This document shows positions 25,701 through 38,394 of a stretch of 64,000 nt of DNA, piece by piece. Positions within the stretch are counted from its first letter, which is position 1. The number at the start of each line of letters is the position of its first letter. The notes beneath the pieces were generated by a model, which did not search any database, had not been told where the DNA came from, and was given only the letters and a program-made list of their open reading frames with translations. The position numbers and the translations under genes were made by a program. Source of the DNA: Podarcis liolepis (lineage: Eukaryota); NCBI GenBank assembly GCA_965112155.1, contig OZ218105.1, one strand, 5' to 3'.

Positions 25701-28700
25701 TATGGTTTAAAGTGACTGCAAACCAGCCTATTAACTTCACCACTGCTAGGCCACAGCAAGACACTTTATTTTCAGGGCTCAGCACACTCTTTACAACTCT
25801 CCCAGATTCTATACTCAGAAATAATTCCTGCATGTTGCTAATTGTGTGCAATTTGGGATAATCTCTTCTGGGACTGTCACTTGGTTAAAGAAATCCAAGT
25901 TGGTTGGTTGTAGGAGTTTTAAAAATGTCAATTAGTTTGCATAGTAATAAAACAGGGACTGAGGAAAATGTATTCCAAGTAATTTATTCACTTTATGATG
26001 TCACTACATCTACTGCTGTCACTTGGCTATTGTTCTTCAGGGAGATATTGTTCATAAAGGACGTAAAGCTATTTCCCCCATTTGAGTTGCTGCTGCTGTC
26101 TGTTAACGTTACATAAATGTTCTAAACTTACTGCATAATTATCTGTTATATAATTATGGTATTTGAACTATTTGCAATTGCTGCAAAACGCCTTGTGAGG
26201 GCAGGAACTCAGAAAGGCAGGTTAAAAATCTGTTAAATAAATGCTTATTAAATCATTTCCATGTATTAAAAATAACTGTTCATATTAGTAACAGAAGAAC
26301 AGTCATTGCCAATAGCGACATACAGGGTACTAGGCCCAGGAAATCCTGTTTGCCCCCTGGGCCTAATTAAATTGCTCTGAGCAGCCCACAATCTTCTGTC
26401 AAAGGTCATTCAAATGCAACAAAATACAAGAACTGAAAGCTGAGCTGGCACAAATATCTGAGACGACTTCTACAGGTGCTCCTTTATCCCCATTGCACTA
26501 TGTGTCGTGTGGCTCTTCATTGTTTCTACTTACCTCCAAGAGGAATATCCTGATGCTGATTTTTGTCTTTTCTCCAGTCTGCTACAACATCAAGGATAGA
26601 ATTGAAATGGAAGTCCATGCGCTTGTCTATAGCAGGGTCAGTTATTCTTCCACCTTCCTGGATCAGATCACACTTCTCTCCAATTTTATGCATTTTAATG
26701 CCCAGCTTTAAAAGACAGGGATTTTGAACGTGGGGGAAGTAGATAGTCAGTTACTGTCATGGGATGCAAACCTTAATTTTTATTGTTTATTTGTTAAATT
26801 TCTATCCCTCCCAAAGGACCGCAATTTTCATTGATGTCAACACCAACCAACCAATAAAAGCTAAACATCTTCAGTGAGGGTTTTATATTACAGGAATCAG
26901 AATTATTTCATTTATTATAGTAAGCATCAATTCTGAAGAATCACCATTCTAAGTAGTAAGTGGACTAGCGCTTGAAAAGACTATTATTCTGTTCTTTACA
27001 GCAAATTGCTAGCTTCCCTAAATATGTGAGGTAACTCATTGTATTATTTCAAGCAAAGTATCATGTGAGAGAAGAAGAAAAATGTATGAACATAAAGCCT
27101 GATTGAAACACTTAGCAAAGTTTTCAAATGTTATTTGTAGAACTTCCTGCTCCTACGGATGGTAACCACATTTCATTATCTCATTCCTCTTTACAACCCT
27201 ACAATTAGACCTTTAATGTATCTCTTTCACAAATAGTAAAACAAAGCTGAATAACAGTTACTTTCCCAAAGTGACCCAATACACCTGTAGCTTGAGTGGG
27301 ATGTGGATTCTGAGCTGCCTGAAAAAACCTCTCTAATAAGAAAGTTAAGTTTACAAGGATCAGTGTATATTAAGCTTCAGAAGGACAATGTTTTCATGAA
27401 TAAAAATGCAAACCCACTTGCTCACACATTAGCGCTACTGGATTGTTGACACAGCCATTCACTATCTGTGGCCCTTTTCCCACAGTGATCCCTTTGAAAG
27501 TCTTATCGTCCCACACGCGGCCCCCAATTCTGTCCTTCGCTTCTAGCACAAGAACCTGCAACATACAAAAGGAGCAGTGGTGATAAGGAACACTGCTATG
27601 GAACAAAAATCTTTCCACAGTTAACCAAATAATGCCAAGGTGGTCAATCAATAATAGAACATTATGCTAGGAGTTCACCAAGTTTTTAATTGGTGAATCC
27701 TAAACCTCAGAGGCAGAAAATCCGTCTACCAAGTGAAGACATTAAGTTCCTCCTTAAAAGGTGGTTACTGTGAGCAGACAAGCTATGCCTGCCATTCTCC
27801 ATGCCCAAATACTGTATAAGCTGCAACAAATCATGCAACAAACCCTAGCCTCATAATTATTTCAAGCTCAGCCTTGACACAAACTAAGGCACTTTTCCAG
27901 GACATCTGGACTCTGAGAACAGGCCCTTTCTTTTTCTTACTCAGGTAGCAGCAGCAAAGTGTAGATCTGCCAGAAGAGGAGGAAGCAGAAATGTTGAAAT
28001 GCTATACTTTATTTGAAAAGGTCTTACCTTAATTCCAAAGTTCTGAAGCTGTCTTGCAGCTGCTAATCCAGCAGGACCAGCCCCAACCACAATGACAGAT
28101 TTCTTAAATGAAGAAGAAAAGTAAACTAGTGATGCTAGCATTCTTTTGAGACTAGCAAGACTGTTTTTTCTAAGCAAGTCTCAGAACAATTTGAAACATT
28201 GTTCAGATAAAATTCTGTTACTGCTGAAGGGTTTCATTAGGAGAAGCTGAGCAAGGGCTACAATATCAACCAAAAATGAGGACAGGGAAGAGAAAGTATC
28301 CTAGCCTGAGCTGAATGACAGCAGACGATTTTGTCTGTGCCGATTTTGACAGTTCTTGAGAAGCCATGAGCCCCTGAAGAAGAGTTTTGACACTGACCAA
28401 GAGGTCCTAGAAGGCCAACCCCTCTTTCACTTTTTATTCTTAAAAGTGAGTTTTATTCTTAAAAGTTTTTATTCTTTTTTCACTTTTTACTCTTAAAAGG
28501 AGTCCTTTCTCCCTTCACCCTCCTTGTCCCATCAGAATCTCCTAGAACCAGTTTATTAGTACTCTGTATTTTAAAATACTTACATTATGGTAGTCTTTGG
28601 GCAGAAGAGGTTGGTCAGGATTAACTGACAAGACCCCTGTGTTAATCAGACCTTTCCTGGTCATAAAATGAAGTATTCGCTCCATCTCCCGCACACAGCG

Positions 28701-31700
28701 AATGCGCACAAGGCCTCGAACAATGATGTGATGCGTACATTTCTGAGGGGTTAGGGCTTCCTGTGCATTGAAGGATTGGGGGAAAGGAGGAGAGGCAAGG
28801 ATTTGACTGCTGCTGGAACAATATAGCAAACTGTCCTTCAGATGGTGAAGCTCAACAGCTAATTTACATCTCCCAGATCAACAAAGTGACAACCATTCCA
28901 GTCATGTACCTGTGTATTGAAAGGCATGAAGCAGGGCAGCTTTGTATGGAAAAGCCCCATCTGCACACCTGGGAATCTGGATCACATTGTGAAGGCGTAC
29001 TTAAGGAGGGACGAAAGGAACACAGGCCTCACCATGAAGCCTTGTTTTCCTCAGCAGATGGAGGGTTTCTTCTGATGTTTTATTTCATCTGCTCCAAAGG
29101 CACGGCCTGGTCAGTCACTGCAACCTTTTGTCTTACCATGAGCAGAGTTCCACCCTCCCGCTGCAGCAGGACTTCTAGAGCAGGGATGAGGAACCTGTGG
29201 CCCGCCAGATGTTGCTGGACTACCACTCCCATCATCACTGACCATTGGCCATACTGGCTTGGACAGACAGATGTCTAACATCTGGAGAGCCACGGGTTCC
29301 CCATCCCTGCTCTAGAAAATCCCAATTGCTGCAGGGCCAGCAGGACTGAAATGGGATGGGTTGGGGGGGGGTCCTCCCCCACTGAAAAGCAAAAACCATA
29401 ATGACTGGGAAGGTCTTGTCTATGGAGCAAGTGGGAGAAGGAAACCAGGACAAGGGAAGTTTAGGTTGATATATTTTTAAAGTAAGATGATAATCTTTTG
29501 GGGGCAAACATTCAGCCATGCTTACTTTGCAGTTTGTGTACCACAGAGCCAAAATGAGGTTTCTCAGAGCTAGATACATGGTGGGGTCTCGTGAATATTC
29601 TGGAAACTCATAGAGTTCATCTAGTTCCATTACATCTGGTCTCACACACAGTGCTTTACCACATTCGTTGGGCTGGTAGAAAGGCTGGAAGTACTTGTTC
29701 ATCCCTGGAAGGCAACATACAACACGGAATGAGCTGCGTGTAGCATCTCCGTGAACCATCACGGTAGCTTAATAAAACAGCACAAAGCTCTAGGGCATGT
29801 AAACAAATGTGAACTCGATTACAGGTGCCTGCAACATATACTAGGATAATACTGGGTATAAGAACCGTGGCTTCTGCTTACAACAATTATTTATGGTGCT
29901 TACATATCTCCTCTGTGCCCAAAACTCCTTAGTGGACCTTGAGCATATGCACCAAAGTGTTGCTTACAGGAAGAATATGCTTATACTGCATGCTCACAAA
30001 TATAAACGTCACAAATATTACAAAGTATACATGGCTGATGGTCAGTCTCATTCTTGAGAAGACAAGACATTCTAATTAATGTTCATATAGAAAAAGTACT
30101 CTCGTACCATGGAAAATAAGGCTATCAATAGCTACTAGAAGAAAGCAGAAAAGTACTCGTCGCTTACCAGCTATAGTAGGTGGAGTCTTTAAGTGCTCCA
30201 TTTTTATTGCATTGGATTCACCAACCAACCGGTGAGTACTGGTACAAGAGGGGCTCATGCCCACACAGTCTGGGTAGTATGCAGACAGCAAAGGAGCAGC
30301 CACACTGTCCTTCAGCAAAGGTGGAAGGATGAGCATGGAATACCACCAGTGATCTGAAACTTCAGCAACTCTCTATGAAGGAGTGGAGGAAAGAATCAGG
30401 AAGAAGAATTAAAGCTTTTGTTATCATATTATCTCTCAGTCCCAATGACACTTAAAAGACACAGGCCATTTCTGACTGCTGTACCAGGAGTGTAGGGAAG
30501 CTTCTACATGGAAATGCCTTTCCCATAGCAATATAGCTTACTCTAATTGGTCAGAAGTCTAATATGGGACTAGGTGATGTGGCTCTCAACCATCCATCGC
30601 TTTGAGGTGATTTGCACTAACAAAACAGCAGTAGGTCTGAGAGCTGAGATTTTGCAAGGGCAACTATCAAGGTAGGTAGAGCTTTTCTGTTTTGCCCTTT
30701 TAAAAAAAGAAATAAAATACAGGTGCTCCTCACAGTTTGAACACAGTTCAATAATTCTAGTCACACAAACACCCTAATATACCAATCATTAAGCCAGTAA
30801 TCACATCAACCGTAATAAGTTGAATAGCTTGAGATGTCTTTGGCCTTTTCCTTAGGCAACAGCTAGGCTCTTTCTTAAAGTCTTCAGTTCCGAAGTCGGA
30901 ATGTTACCCAAATAGTATTTACTACTAAGCCTGCACCTCTGTGTTTCTCACAGTTACAATTCATTCTGATACCACATGCAGGACTTTCCTAAAACATTGC
31001 TTACCAGATCTTCAGGCATGGAGCAGTGGTCTGGGCCTTCCACCTGAAATAAATACCACACTTTCAGACAACAGGGTAGCTTCTCTGACTTGCATGTAAG
31101 AGGAAGACTGAAGAAATGGCAGGACTTCTGTTAATAAAAGCCATGACACTTAGGGCCAAACTCACATTCCACTCAATGGCATGTTTTAAAAACCCCAAGA
31201 GAAAGGCAGCTTTGGGAAGGGGTGGAGTGGGAAAGTGGCCAGGGAAGAAGGTGTCAAGCTTTTCCACCCACCTGCCAGTTTTCTGGTGCCACCCTCACAG
31301 AGTTTTTTTTTTTCCTTTTTAAAATATTTTTATTAAGTACAAATTAGACAACATACATATTCACAACAAAAGAAAATACAAAAGAAAAAGAAAATACATC
31401 TAACCAAGGGAGGAAAAATAGATAATATTTTGTCTCTTTTCATATTTGCAGTTATTTATACCTCTATAAAATGCTATTCACAATAAAGCAGTGAAATGAA
31501 AGATAAGATATCAGAAAAAAGAACAAAGAAAGAATAAAGAAGTAAAAGAAAAAGATCATAGGTGAAAATTTTTAAAAGTAGACAAGTACTCACAATACAC
31601 AGCCGTTTCCCATCTATGTTTATATTCAATTGTATAATTTCATCTTGTCCTTATCTACCTTAGAGTTTTAAATGCATGTAAATCTTTTGTGTGTACTGCA

Positions 31701-34700
31701 GCAGTACAAGGGTGTCTCCAGACAAACACTGCACAATTGTTCTAAGCCTGGGGCTCCCGTTGGCCTCTAGAAACAACCAAACAACCAAACCAGCCTGCAT
31801 TTTCAGTACATTTGAGGGTTGAAGGTACCTTGGTGGAATTGTTCAGTTTCATGCCACAGCGGTATGTTTTGGCTATTTGCGAGGTAAGCTGGATTTCCTT
31901 TGTCAGCTGCCGCCATTTCCCACACTCTGGCTTTGTACACTGAACCTAGAGATAAAACGACAGAGTTGCTCAGTACATCCAGAAACAAAGGCACACTCAT
32001 AAGATCAGAGACAGGTCTCTCAAAATTTCAGGAAGACTTTCTTAAGCAGCAGACATGCAAGCGTGCCTACATTTCCCCCATCAACTTCGTATGAGTGTGC
32101 ATTTTGAGCTGACCTACCCTTCCTTTCTCAAGAGAGGTAAATCAGAAGCAACTGATTCCCCCAAAAGGGGGGACTGCATGGCAGCTCATCCATCAGGAAG
32201 TGAAAAGCTAACTGTTGGGATGATCAGCCTGTAGACAAAACGTTGCCTTCTAATTTATGAAAGCCTTTCTTCCCTAAACTGCAAGGCACAGATCTTACAT
32301 TAAGCAAGTACTGTACTCCTTCCCTCACCTTTCTGATTCTCTCTCCTCAGCCTGTAGCTTCCAACTGCCCTAACTGAAATCCTAACTGAAATCCTTGGAA
32401 CCCCATGATCCACTCCCATCTCAGGAAAGAAGGATAATCATTTTGAGGTTCTGTTAGCTCCACAACCAATCAAAAACCCCTTCTTTTCTAATAATCAGCA
32501 TATAACCTATATTTCTTCATCTATACCTGATCATGACTGCTTCAGTCCATCCTACCAGTACTGGGGGAGAAATGAACCACAATCTCTGGCTTAAAGTTAC
32601 ATCCAGACTAGAGGTCACTTTGCTCCAAACATATCACAATCAGTAAGCCAGAAAAACCTTTGCTTATCTCTGTGGTCTGTTTGGAGTGAAATAAGTGAAA
32701 ATCCCTGGTTTAGGCATAATGCTAAACCAGGTATGGTTTGTTTCTTTCATGTGCTAGCTCAGTGTCGTCTCCTGGTAGCAACTTTCCAGAATTTCAGACA
32801 GATTATTTTCTCAGCCTCACCTGGAGATGCCAGGGTTTGAACCTGGTACAATGGTACCTCAGGTTAAGTACTTAATTTGTTCCGGAGGTCTGTTCTTAAC
32901 CTGAAGCACCACTTTAGCTAATGGGGCCTCCCGCTGCTGCTGCCACGTGATTTCTGTTCTCATCCTGAAGCAAAGTTCTTAACCTGAGGTACTATTTTTG
33001 GGTTAGTGGAGTCTGTAACCTGAAGTGTCTGTAACCTGAAGCGTATGTAACCCGAGGTACCACTGTACATTCAGCATACACAAGACATGTGGCCTGCCGC
33101 CAAATATTGTATGCTTCCTTCATATTATTTTCACTTTCAACCCCAAGGTTGAAACAATAACAAAAATAATCAAATCCATTGCTTAACACTTCCTTCAAAC
33201 ACACTTACTGTGAAGGAAAATAAAAAATGAACATGCACTACTTTCACAGTGTTATGTCATCATAAATAAAGCCCTCACCCAGTAAGGGAGCTGTTGATCA
33301 GCCATAAAAGCTTTAGGGCTGGGTTCACTTTTTCCATTACTGGTCCAAATCCTTTTCCAGGCAGTGTATTTTTCGTAGCCATCTTTATGACTAAAAGGAC
33401 GGACAAAGGAAATGTTAAGTAGAGGGAAGGAATCACCTACACATGGTTTGGTATATTTTAATAGACAGTTCATCCCAAACATAGGTATTAAGACAACATG
33501 ATCCTGGCCACAGTATTTGTTTTCCTAAGCAAGCATAGAAGTTGCAAAGCTCAACTTCAAGGCAATATTGTGCATGATTTTTACTTTGTTTAATCTGATA
33601 CATTAGGTGTACTTATTATGGATACCCAAATCTATACAATGGCTTCACTGTTGGAATAGCTTCCCTCCCTCCATCAAAACTTGGTCTCCCTGTGCAACCT
33701 GGCTTTAGCAGACAGCCTGTGTTCCAAGAAACCGTTTTTGCCCAGTCTACTGATGTTGCTTTGCATATTTTCTAGCTGAGAGCATTTTGTCAAAATGTTC
33801 AGCAGTTCACAACAGACAGAAAGGCCTATTAAAGTCATCATGAGATACTTAGCTGGTCCAGCTTCCTACAAACAGCCAATACAGTCATACCTTGGAAGTC
33901 GAACGGAATCCATTCCGGAAGTCCGTTCAACTTCCGAAACGTTCAGAAACCAAAGTGTGGCTTCTGATTGGTTGCAGGAAGCTCCTGCAGCCAATCGGAA
34001 GCCACACAAACCCTGTTGAATGTTCAGCTTCCAAAAATAATTTGCAAACCAGAACAGTCACTTCTGGGGTTGCAGCATTCGAGACCCAAAACGTTCAAGA
34101 ACTAAGCTATTTGAAAACCAAGGCACGACTGTATATCCTTTTAAAAGAATACACTCCCCCATCCCTGCCTTTTAAAGCATTCATTGCCTTTGCCCAGAGT
34201 TGCTTTGAAAAGGAAGCTGTTAGGTTATTGTGCGGGTATCAATCCCCCAGACATTATTGACATTTCTTGATAAATTCAAACCCCTGCAATTTATAGCCTT
34301 TATAAATGCAGCACTGTTGTTTTCAGCCTCATTTCAAAATTAAATTACAATGGGTAGCAAAGCACAGCAATTATGTATATTACCTTCCATATCTTATTTC
34401 TTTAACCAGATCAAGATTAAAATGCTTTGCCATTCAATTAGCACACTTTTGGTTGCATCCTGTCTCCACCCCTTAAAAAAAGCAATTACTTCAAAAAAGA
34501 GAAAGAATACCTTCGGTAGTAATGATCAAAACATTCATTACAGAAATGTTCCCCACAGGAGAGGTGATACCATCTTGATGTGTAGCCATTTTTAGCACAC
34601 CTAAAACAGAATAAATCAGAAAAGATTACATTTATCGAAAGGATACGCTTTGTCCTGCAATTTGAAAATACTGTAGACTGCCACACGTTAGCAGTTTATA

Positions 34701-36581
34701 ATGATGATGATGATAATAATAATAATGCGGCTCCCAACATATTAAAAACAGAATAAAACATCAAACATTAAAAACTTCCCTAAACAGGGCTGCCTTCAGA
34801 TGTCTACTAAAAGTCAGATACAGTGGTGCCCCGCAAGAAGAATGCCTCGCAAGACAAAAAACTCGCTAGACGAAAGGTTTTTCCGTTCGCGATTTGCCTC
34901 GCAAGACGAATTTCCCCTATGGGCTTGCTTCGCAAGACGAAAACGTCTCGCGACTTTTTTTCTTTGACTAAAAACAAAGACATGTTTTGTTTATAAAGTT
35001 AATTTATTTTCCCTTAAATTTTCGAACTGCTCTTTACAGTATGTGTGACTTTAAAGAGCAGTTAATAAACTGTTGTTGTACCAAATTTGGCTTTGTTTGG
35101 ACTTTTTTTGACCATAGGAACGCATTAATTGATTTTCAATGCATTCCTATGGGATTTCGTGCTTCGCAAGACGAAAAATTCGTTAGACAACAAAAATTGC
35201 GGAACGAATTAATTTCGTCTTGCGGGGCACCACTGTAGTTGTTTCCTTGATTTCCTTGGCATCTGATGGGAGGGCGTTCCACAGGGCAGGCGCCACCACC
35301 GAGAAGGCCCTCTGCCTGGTTCCCTGTAATCTGGCAGTGAGGGAACTACCAGAAGGCTCTCGGAGCTGGACCTCAGTGTCTGGGCTGAATGATGGGGTGG
35401 AAAATGTTCCAACAAGACTTCCCAGGAGGATGAATTTTGTTTTGTATCTTTTGTGTGTGGTTTAAAATATATATCTGGGATTTTTTGTTTGGTTGGTTTC
35501 TAACGACTTTTGAAGCTGCTTTTATTGTACCTTCCCCTAGGAGCGTACATCCACTTCCCTCCATTAATAATAGTCATAAGAATTCACTCAGACAAACCAG
35601 AAATGAAATCTATCAAGCTGAAGATCACTTTCTGAAACCTTGGGACTGTGAAGGGGGAAGACAGAGGAGCCCGAACCTTTCAGCAGCACTGGCAAAGCAA
35701 ACGGGACATGTTGCTGTACATCCTGCCTTTTCACATTTTCTGTACTTCTTCTCTGAGGCATCTTCATCATCCTCGGCTGCCTCTGCAGCTTTTCTCCTCA
35801 CCTAAAAGAACACAACTATGTGAACAAAAAGGTCACAACAGATTTATGATATATTCAGCAGTCTTTATTGGTGAGGCTTTCTGTTGCAATAGTGATGGAG
35901 GACAGTTACACTGATTGTGTTTTCCTACATAACAAGGATGGGGAACCTTTGGCCCTCCAGATGTTGCTGAACTACAACTCCCATAATTCTGAGCGACAGG
36001 CCATGCTGGCTGGAACTGATGGAAACTTGAGCTTCTGGAGAGGCATGGATTTCCAATCCGTGATAGAAAGGTATTCCAGTACAAAATAAATCTAGACCCG
36101 GGGATGGTGGGGAAATCCTTCAAAAAGATAGCAATATTGCATGCAACTTGCATTCACATGGAAATGCAGAAAAAATAAAAACCAAGGAAGTGTCATAACT
36201 AGCTTCACACAGAGAACAGGGAACAGTCCAAAACAAGGAAGAGTCCAAAACAACAGCCCATTACATGGCGCCAAAGATGAGCCCCAATTTTGCTTGGAAA
36301 AACTCAACAGCGCATTCAACATTAAGGCTGAAATGTCATGCACATCAACTTGTAAGTAAGATCACTGCCTGGCTGTGAAATCAACAGGACACTGCAGACT
36401 AATATGCATAGGACAGCAATACTCTTCATTTCCTAAGTAGATAATACACAACCCTGCTTGCAACCCTGTGAATGAAATGGATGAAAGGTACCTGTCTCCC
36501 TGAACTTCTCAGAGGAAGATTATCAGGAGAATGGTCAACAGGAGGTGTTTTTTTCTTTGTTCGGACCCTCCCAGTTGACAT
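19790..36581 (-). CDS. KDM1B: Lysine-specific histone demethylase 1B (LSD2/AOF1): C4H2C2 zinc finger, CW finger, SWIRM and FAD amine oxidase domains; 20 coding exons, 818 aa
   Basis: Coding exons 5'->3': 36581-36492, 35801-35677, 34600-34511, 33390-33279, 31945-31829, 31043-31005, 30372-30168, 29704-29526, 28760-28584, 28102-28028, 27555-27418, 26705-26534, 25058-24931, 24848-24717, 23699-23625, 23155-23039, 22517-22392, 22027-21905, 20943-20791, 19873-19790. Total 2457 nt, all GT-AG, phases consistent. Motifs CAKNGYTSRWYHLSCGEHFCNECFDHYYR, VIVVGAGPAGLAAARQL (GxGxxG), LEAKDRIGGRV and [25 protein letters not shown]. Confidence 0.97.
19956..20091. mobile_element. hAT palindromic MITE (136 bp)
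   Basis: TIR CAGGCTTCCTCA/TGAGGAAGCCTG; perfect 8-bp TSD GTATAAAC at 19948-19955 and 20092-20099. Confidence 0.92.
21221..21475 (+). mobile_element. Degenerate tRNA-derived squamate SINE (Squam3-like), interrupted by a second SINE
   Basis: ttgcatgcaacaggtccctagttcaattcctggc resembles the heads at 52132 and 45805; the tail ccagtggtctga...gtttcc resumes after 21421. Confidence 0.55.
21292..21421 (+). mobile_element. tRNA(Lys)-like SINE with CR1-type 3' tail
   Basis: Head gctcagtt...gactcttaa..tcagg..tgggtttgagcc..gttgggc, followed by ggggttggactagatgaccctcagggtcccttccaa..attctattcta, a typical CR1 3' end. Confidence 0.7.
23739..23947 (-). mobile_element. Tc1/mariner MITE, family A
   Basis: TIRs and TA TSD; lies 39 nt from the KDM1B acceptor at 23700. 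Confidence 0.9.
29181..29309. mobile_element. hAT palindromic MITE
   Basis: TIR CAGGGATGAGGAACC/GGTTCCCCATCCCTG; flanks TTCTAGAG and CTCTAGAA (nTCTAGAn hAT target). Confidence 0.8.
32849..33065 (+). mobile_element. Tc1/mariner MITE, family A, nested in an antisense Squam3-like SINE
   Basis: TIR CAATGGTACCTC/GAGGTACCACTG, TA TSD; left flank ctggagatgccagggtttgaacctgg is a reverse-complement SINE B-box region. Confidence 0.88.
33882..34131. mobile_element. Tc1/mariner (Tigger-like) MITE, family B
   Basis: TIR CAGTCATACCTTGG/CCAAGGCACGACTG, TA TSD, internal palindrome gcttctgattggttgcagga..tcctgcagccaatcggaagc. Confidence 0.85.
34700..35402 (-). mobile_element. L2-like LINE 3' fragment split by a MITE at 34821-35235
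   Basis: 34750-34820 joined to 35238-35400 is colinear with the uninterrupted copy at 57208-57430. Confidence 0.8.
34821..35235. mobile_element. Tc1/mariner MITE, family C (415 bp)
   Basis: Perfect TIR CAGTGGTGCCCCGCAAGA/TCTTGCGGGGCACCACTG, TA TSD, repeated internal TCGCAAGACGAA motifs, CpGs retained. Confidence 0.92.
35933..36030. mobile_element. Truncated hAT MITE (related to the 19956, 29181 and 43708 elements)
   Basis: caaggatggggaacctttggccctccagatgttgctgaactacaactccca. Further decayed relatives near 40900-41025, 53665-53790 and 60273-60410. Confidence 0.65.
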
Positions 36582-37349
36582 GGCGCTGCAGGATAAAAAC
36601 CAGGAGGACATTAGGCAGTATTCCAACACTAAAGTTCAGAGAGTCTCCCCACACAAAGAGGGGTGGAGAAATGAACAAGCTTGAAGCTTCCCTTTGGTTA
36701 AACCTTCCAGCATCACCCATGCAGACGAGTGGCTTCACTGCTTGAACCAGCTCTCTTTCCAGATCTTGGACAAAGGAAATTAAAGTGAGGAACTAGACAA
36801 AATGGTAGACGTGAGAAGAGGCGGCAAAAAGAGGAAAGAAAGGAGGGAGGGAAAGGAGGAAGAGAGAACAGCTCATTACTATTCTAGATTATTTTAACAG
36901 TTTTATCATTTGTGTGTTTGCCTCCTTGGGCTTCTTTTGGGAGGAAGGGCAGGATATAAATTTAGTAAGTAAATAATCCTGGGTTAGAGCCAAAGAAAAT
37001 TGACTCCCCGTCTCCTTTCCGAGCATTCCTCTTGTTCTCCAAAATATATCCCCTGGGGTTCAGGGGATGCTACTGAAGAGGACGGCGTTGTGATACAGGA
37101 GAGGTAAGGGGGGACCCCCAAAACCCAATCAGTGGCAGCTTCCACTCTACTCACCAAAAGTGCCTCCAGGCAATTTTCAGGGATCCCCTCAGCCTCCCAT
37201 ACTGGAATGCTACCCCAGAGGGGTCCTGCTGAATGGTCAGTAGCAGGGGCTGCTGAGAGCAACCCCCCAAAACTGGGATGGGTGAGAAAGTCATCTTCCA
37301 CCAGCTTCCTTCCCTAGGTGCTTCCCTGGTTCCAACCCTACAGTTTTAA

Positions 37350-37441
37350 GGTTGCAATCCTATGCATGCTGACCTCGGAGCAAGCCCCACTGAACACACA
37401 GAGGCTGACTTCTGTGTAAATGTGCATAGGTATGTACTGTG
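37350..37441. repeat. Short palindromic lizard interspersed repeat (about 90 bp)
   Basis: gcaatcctatgcat...aagccccactgaac...gacttctg..gcatagg. Related copies near 806, 15420, 22557 and 54116 (TPMT 3' UTR). Confidence 0.55.
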
Positions 37442-38330
37442 AGAAACTTAGCCAAACTGCCCCTCCCAGAAATGTGCACAATTCAGGCCATGATTCAGCT
37501 ATGCTTCTGATAGTTCAAATGAACTATATGGTAAAAACAGTAGCTCTGGGACCTTAACAGCACAGCTGCAGCAGACATATGTGAGCAAATTGTCTCTCAG
37601 TTTCAGCACACCTTCCCACGGCTGCTTATCCGTCCTGGTGAGAAGTGAGAACAAGCTGTTTACATTTCCAAGCATACAGATCAAATATTGGGGGGGACGG
37701 GACCCTCTTCCATTCCTCACTTTGAGCACATTAAAATATTTTATACAAATCAAAAGAAATAAAACATAATACAGGCTGTGCTACATCTATGAATGCAGGT
37801 AAGGCGAAGCAAACAGAAAAGAAAGAAGAGGATGGGTGAGGGAATAAACAATTTTGATATGAAACTCTCTCCCAGAAAGAAGTTACGAGGGTCAATAGCC
37901 TGGGAGCTGCCCTGCCCACACACAGAAAATGAAGGGATGCAAACCAGTCAAAACTATAAAGCATGCAAGATCTGCTGACAATTGCCATCTTGACTAAATA
38001 GCTCATCTTTACTAGACTGCTGTTAATACTTGCAGGGTGGAGTTAGTGGTGGTTTTAGATAACAGGAAGAGCAAACATCTCTTCATTCCAAAAGGCAGCA
38101 ACTAACACGTTTGATGGAATATTTCATAGGATAGTGGATCATTTAAACCCATTAAAATGCACTTTTGTTTCAAGTGCTAGGAAGGGCTCATCTGAAAAGC
38201 GTAGAAGGTAAAGCAATAATTTTTTATTTTGAAATGCAGGACTTTTCAAGAAAAAAATATTCAAATTGAAAATGAAAATGAAATTTAGTGAAACCATTTA
38301 CATATGTAAAAACAAAGTATAAGCATAATA

Positions 38331-38394
38331 ATAGAATCATAGAATCATAGAGTTGGAAGAGACCACAAGGGCCATCGAGTCCAACCCCCTGCCA
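38331..38394 (-). mobile_element. CR1 LINE (or CR1-tailed SINE) 3' end
   Basis: atagaatcatagaatcatagagttggaagagaccacaagggccatcgagtccaacccc is the reverse complement of a CR1 terminus with (ATTCTATG)n. Confidence 0.8.

Noticed and set aside
27460-27485. GKGPQIV in KDM1B versus human GRGAQIV near the FAD site
   Set aside because: From recall, mouse KDM1B also has Pro here, so it is tolerated variation.
28425-28500. Repeated ttttattcttaaaag units near a KDM1B donor
   Set aside because: Simple AT-rich slippage duplications more than 80 nt from the exon; no sign of function.
34821-35235. Repeated TCGCAAGACGAA motifs resembling an array
   Set aside because: Irregular spacing inside a TIR/TA-bounded element; these are transposon subterminal repeats, not CRISPR, and the DNA is vertebrate.
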